Source: Glaciihabitans sp.
GTDB taxonomy: Bacteria; Actinomycetota; Actinomycetes; Actinomycetales; Microbacteriaceae
DNA: 64,000 nucleotides
Reading direction: 5' to 3'
Assembly: GCA_025465535.1 (NCBI GenBank)
Contig: JAODMY010000096.1
Span: 1,841 to 65,840 of the forward strand
Of the stretch, positions 63,282 through 64,000 are shown piece after piece. Position numbers and translations under genes: made by a program. The notes beneath the pieces are model-generated. The model ran no database searches and was not told the DNA's origin. It saw only the letters and a list, made by a program, of their open reading frames with translations. The number at the start of each line of letters is the position of its first letter. Within the stretch, counting starts at the first letter, position 1.

Positions 63282-64000
63282 ATGCCTGAGGGCGACACCG
63301 TCTACCGCTCGGCGCGGGCGCTGAGCGAAGTGCTCACCGGGCAGGTTCTCGACCACTGCGACATTCGGGTTCCGGCGTTTTCGACGGTTGATCTCACCGG
63401 TCAGCGGGTCGAAAGCGTGGTGAGCGTCGGCAAGCACCTGCTCCATCGGATCGGCGAGTTCACGATTCACAGCCACCTCAAGATGGAGGGGTCGTGGCAC
63501 ATCTACATCGGCGGTGCGCGCTGGCGGCGTCCGGCGTGGCAGGCGCGCGCGATCCTCGGGGTGCCAGGCGTGACGACGGTCGGCTTCCAGTTGGGTGAGC
63601 TTGAGGTCGTCCCGCGGGAGAGGGAGCACGAGCTGGTCGGGTATCTCGGCCCGGACATCCTGTCGCCCGACTGGGACCGCGATCCCCGGCTGGGCGACCT
63701 CGCGCTTCGCAACCTGACCGCGGATCCCGATCGGCCGATCGGCCTGGCCCTCCTCGACCAGCGCGTGATCGCCGGGCTCGGGAACGTGTACCGCAACGAG
63801 CTGCTGTTCCTGCGCGGGCTGCTGCCGACCAGGCCGGTTCGGGATGTGCCGGACGCCGCAGGCCTCATCGCGCTGGCACACCGCCTGATCTTCGCCAACC
63901 GTGACCGGGCCCTGCGCACCACGACCGGCGACCTCAGACGCGGCAAGACGAGCTACGTGAACCGTCGCGAACACCTGCCATGCCTCCGCTGCGGGACGCC
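63282..64000 (+). CDS. nei: Endonuclease VIII / Fpg-family DNA glycosylase (3' end outside the window)
   Basis: Absent from the track because no stop lies within the window. My translation from the ATG at 63282 reads MPEGDTVYRSARALSEVLTGQVL...HLKMEGSWHIY...LLDQRVIAGLGNVYRNELLFLRGL...LPCLRCGT (start of the zinc finger). Confidence 0.85.
   Translation, partial: MPEGDTVYRSARALSEVLTGQVLDHCDIRVPAFSTVDLTGQRVESVVSVGKHLLHRIGEFTIHSHLKMEGSWHIYIGGARWRRPAWQARAILGVPGVTTVGFQLGELEVVPREREHELVGYLGPDILSPDWDRDPRLGDLALRNLTADPDRPIGLALLDQRVIAGLGNVYRNELLFLRGLLPTRPVRDVPDAAGLIALAHRLIFANRDRALRTTTGDLRRGKTSYVNRREHLPCLRCGT

Overview
This is a high-GC (roughly 65-70% by eye) actinobacterial chromosome segment. The RpoB/RpoC sequences and the gene content look Microbacteriaceae-like, but that taxon is a guess. 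Layout, left to right: (i) 1-2979, the type IV pilus ATPases pilT (partial) and pilB. (ii) 3278-31699, an almost contiguous Gram-positive-type flagellar regulon. On the minus strand it runs fliA | fliC | fliD-fliS-orf112 | flgB-flgC-fliE-fliF-fliG-fliH-fliI-fliJ-(NlpC/P60)-fliK-flgD-flgE | flbD-motA-motB | fliM-fliN-fliO-fliP-fliQ-fliR-flhB-flhA-(FlhF-like)-csrA. On the plus strand it carries flgN-flgK-flgL-fliW. (iii) 32049-39520, rpoC and rpoB. (iv) 39989-42415, a NarL-type two-component system plus a membrane protein. (v) 42494-53655, assorted housekeeping or conserved-domain genes: spermidine-synthase-like methyltransferase, SprT-like, SRPBCC, CGNR zinc finger, DUF427, ComB-like, DUF1684, DEAD-box helicase, Nudix-like, SDR, acyl-CoA ligase, esterase and RlmA-like. 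(vi) 53652-58334, lhr. (vii) 58444-62959, a translationally coupled GT2 synthase / HlyD-like adaptor / GH81 glucanase lipoprotein operon. (viii) 63282-64000, nei (partial). No rRNA, tRNA, CRISPR array or transposase was recognised. The most notable non-coding signals are listed here. First, a shared sigma-28/WhiG-like promoter motif (CTAACGC-N13-nCCGAnAG, identical geometry) lies in front of all five flagellar transcription units that have intergenic space. Second, the fliC leader has two GGA sites that fit the CsrA-FliW-flagellin circuit. Third, two copies of a 66-nt near-perfect palindrome sit 6.9 kb apart. Fourth, back-to-back near-consensus promoters lie upstream of rpoB, one of which may drive a small RNA. 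The most notable coding oddities are a P-loop-less FlhF-like protein, an NlpC/P60 hydrolase embedded in the flagellar export/hook operon, and the synthase-adaptor-GH81 module inserted between lhr and nei. All functional calls rest on my own reading of motifs; no database search was run.
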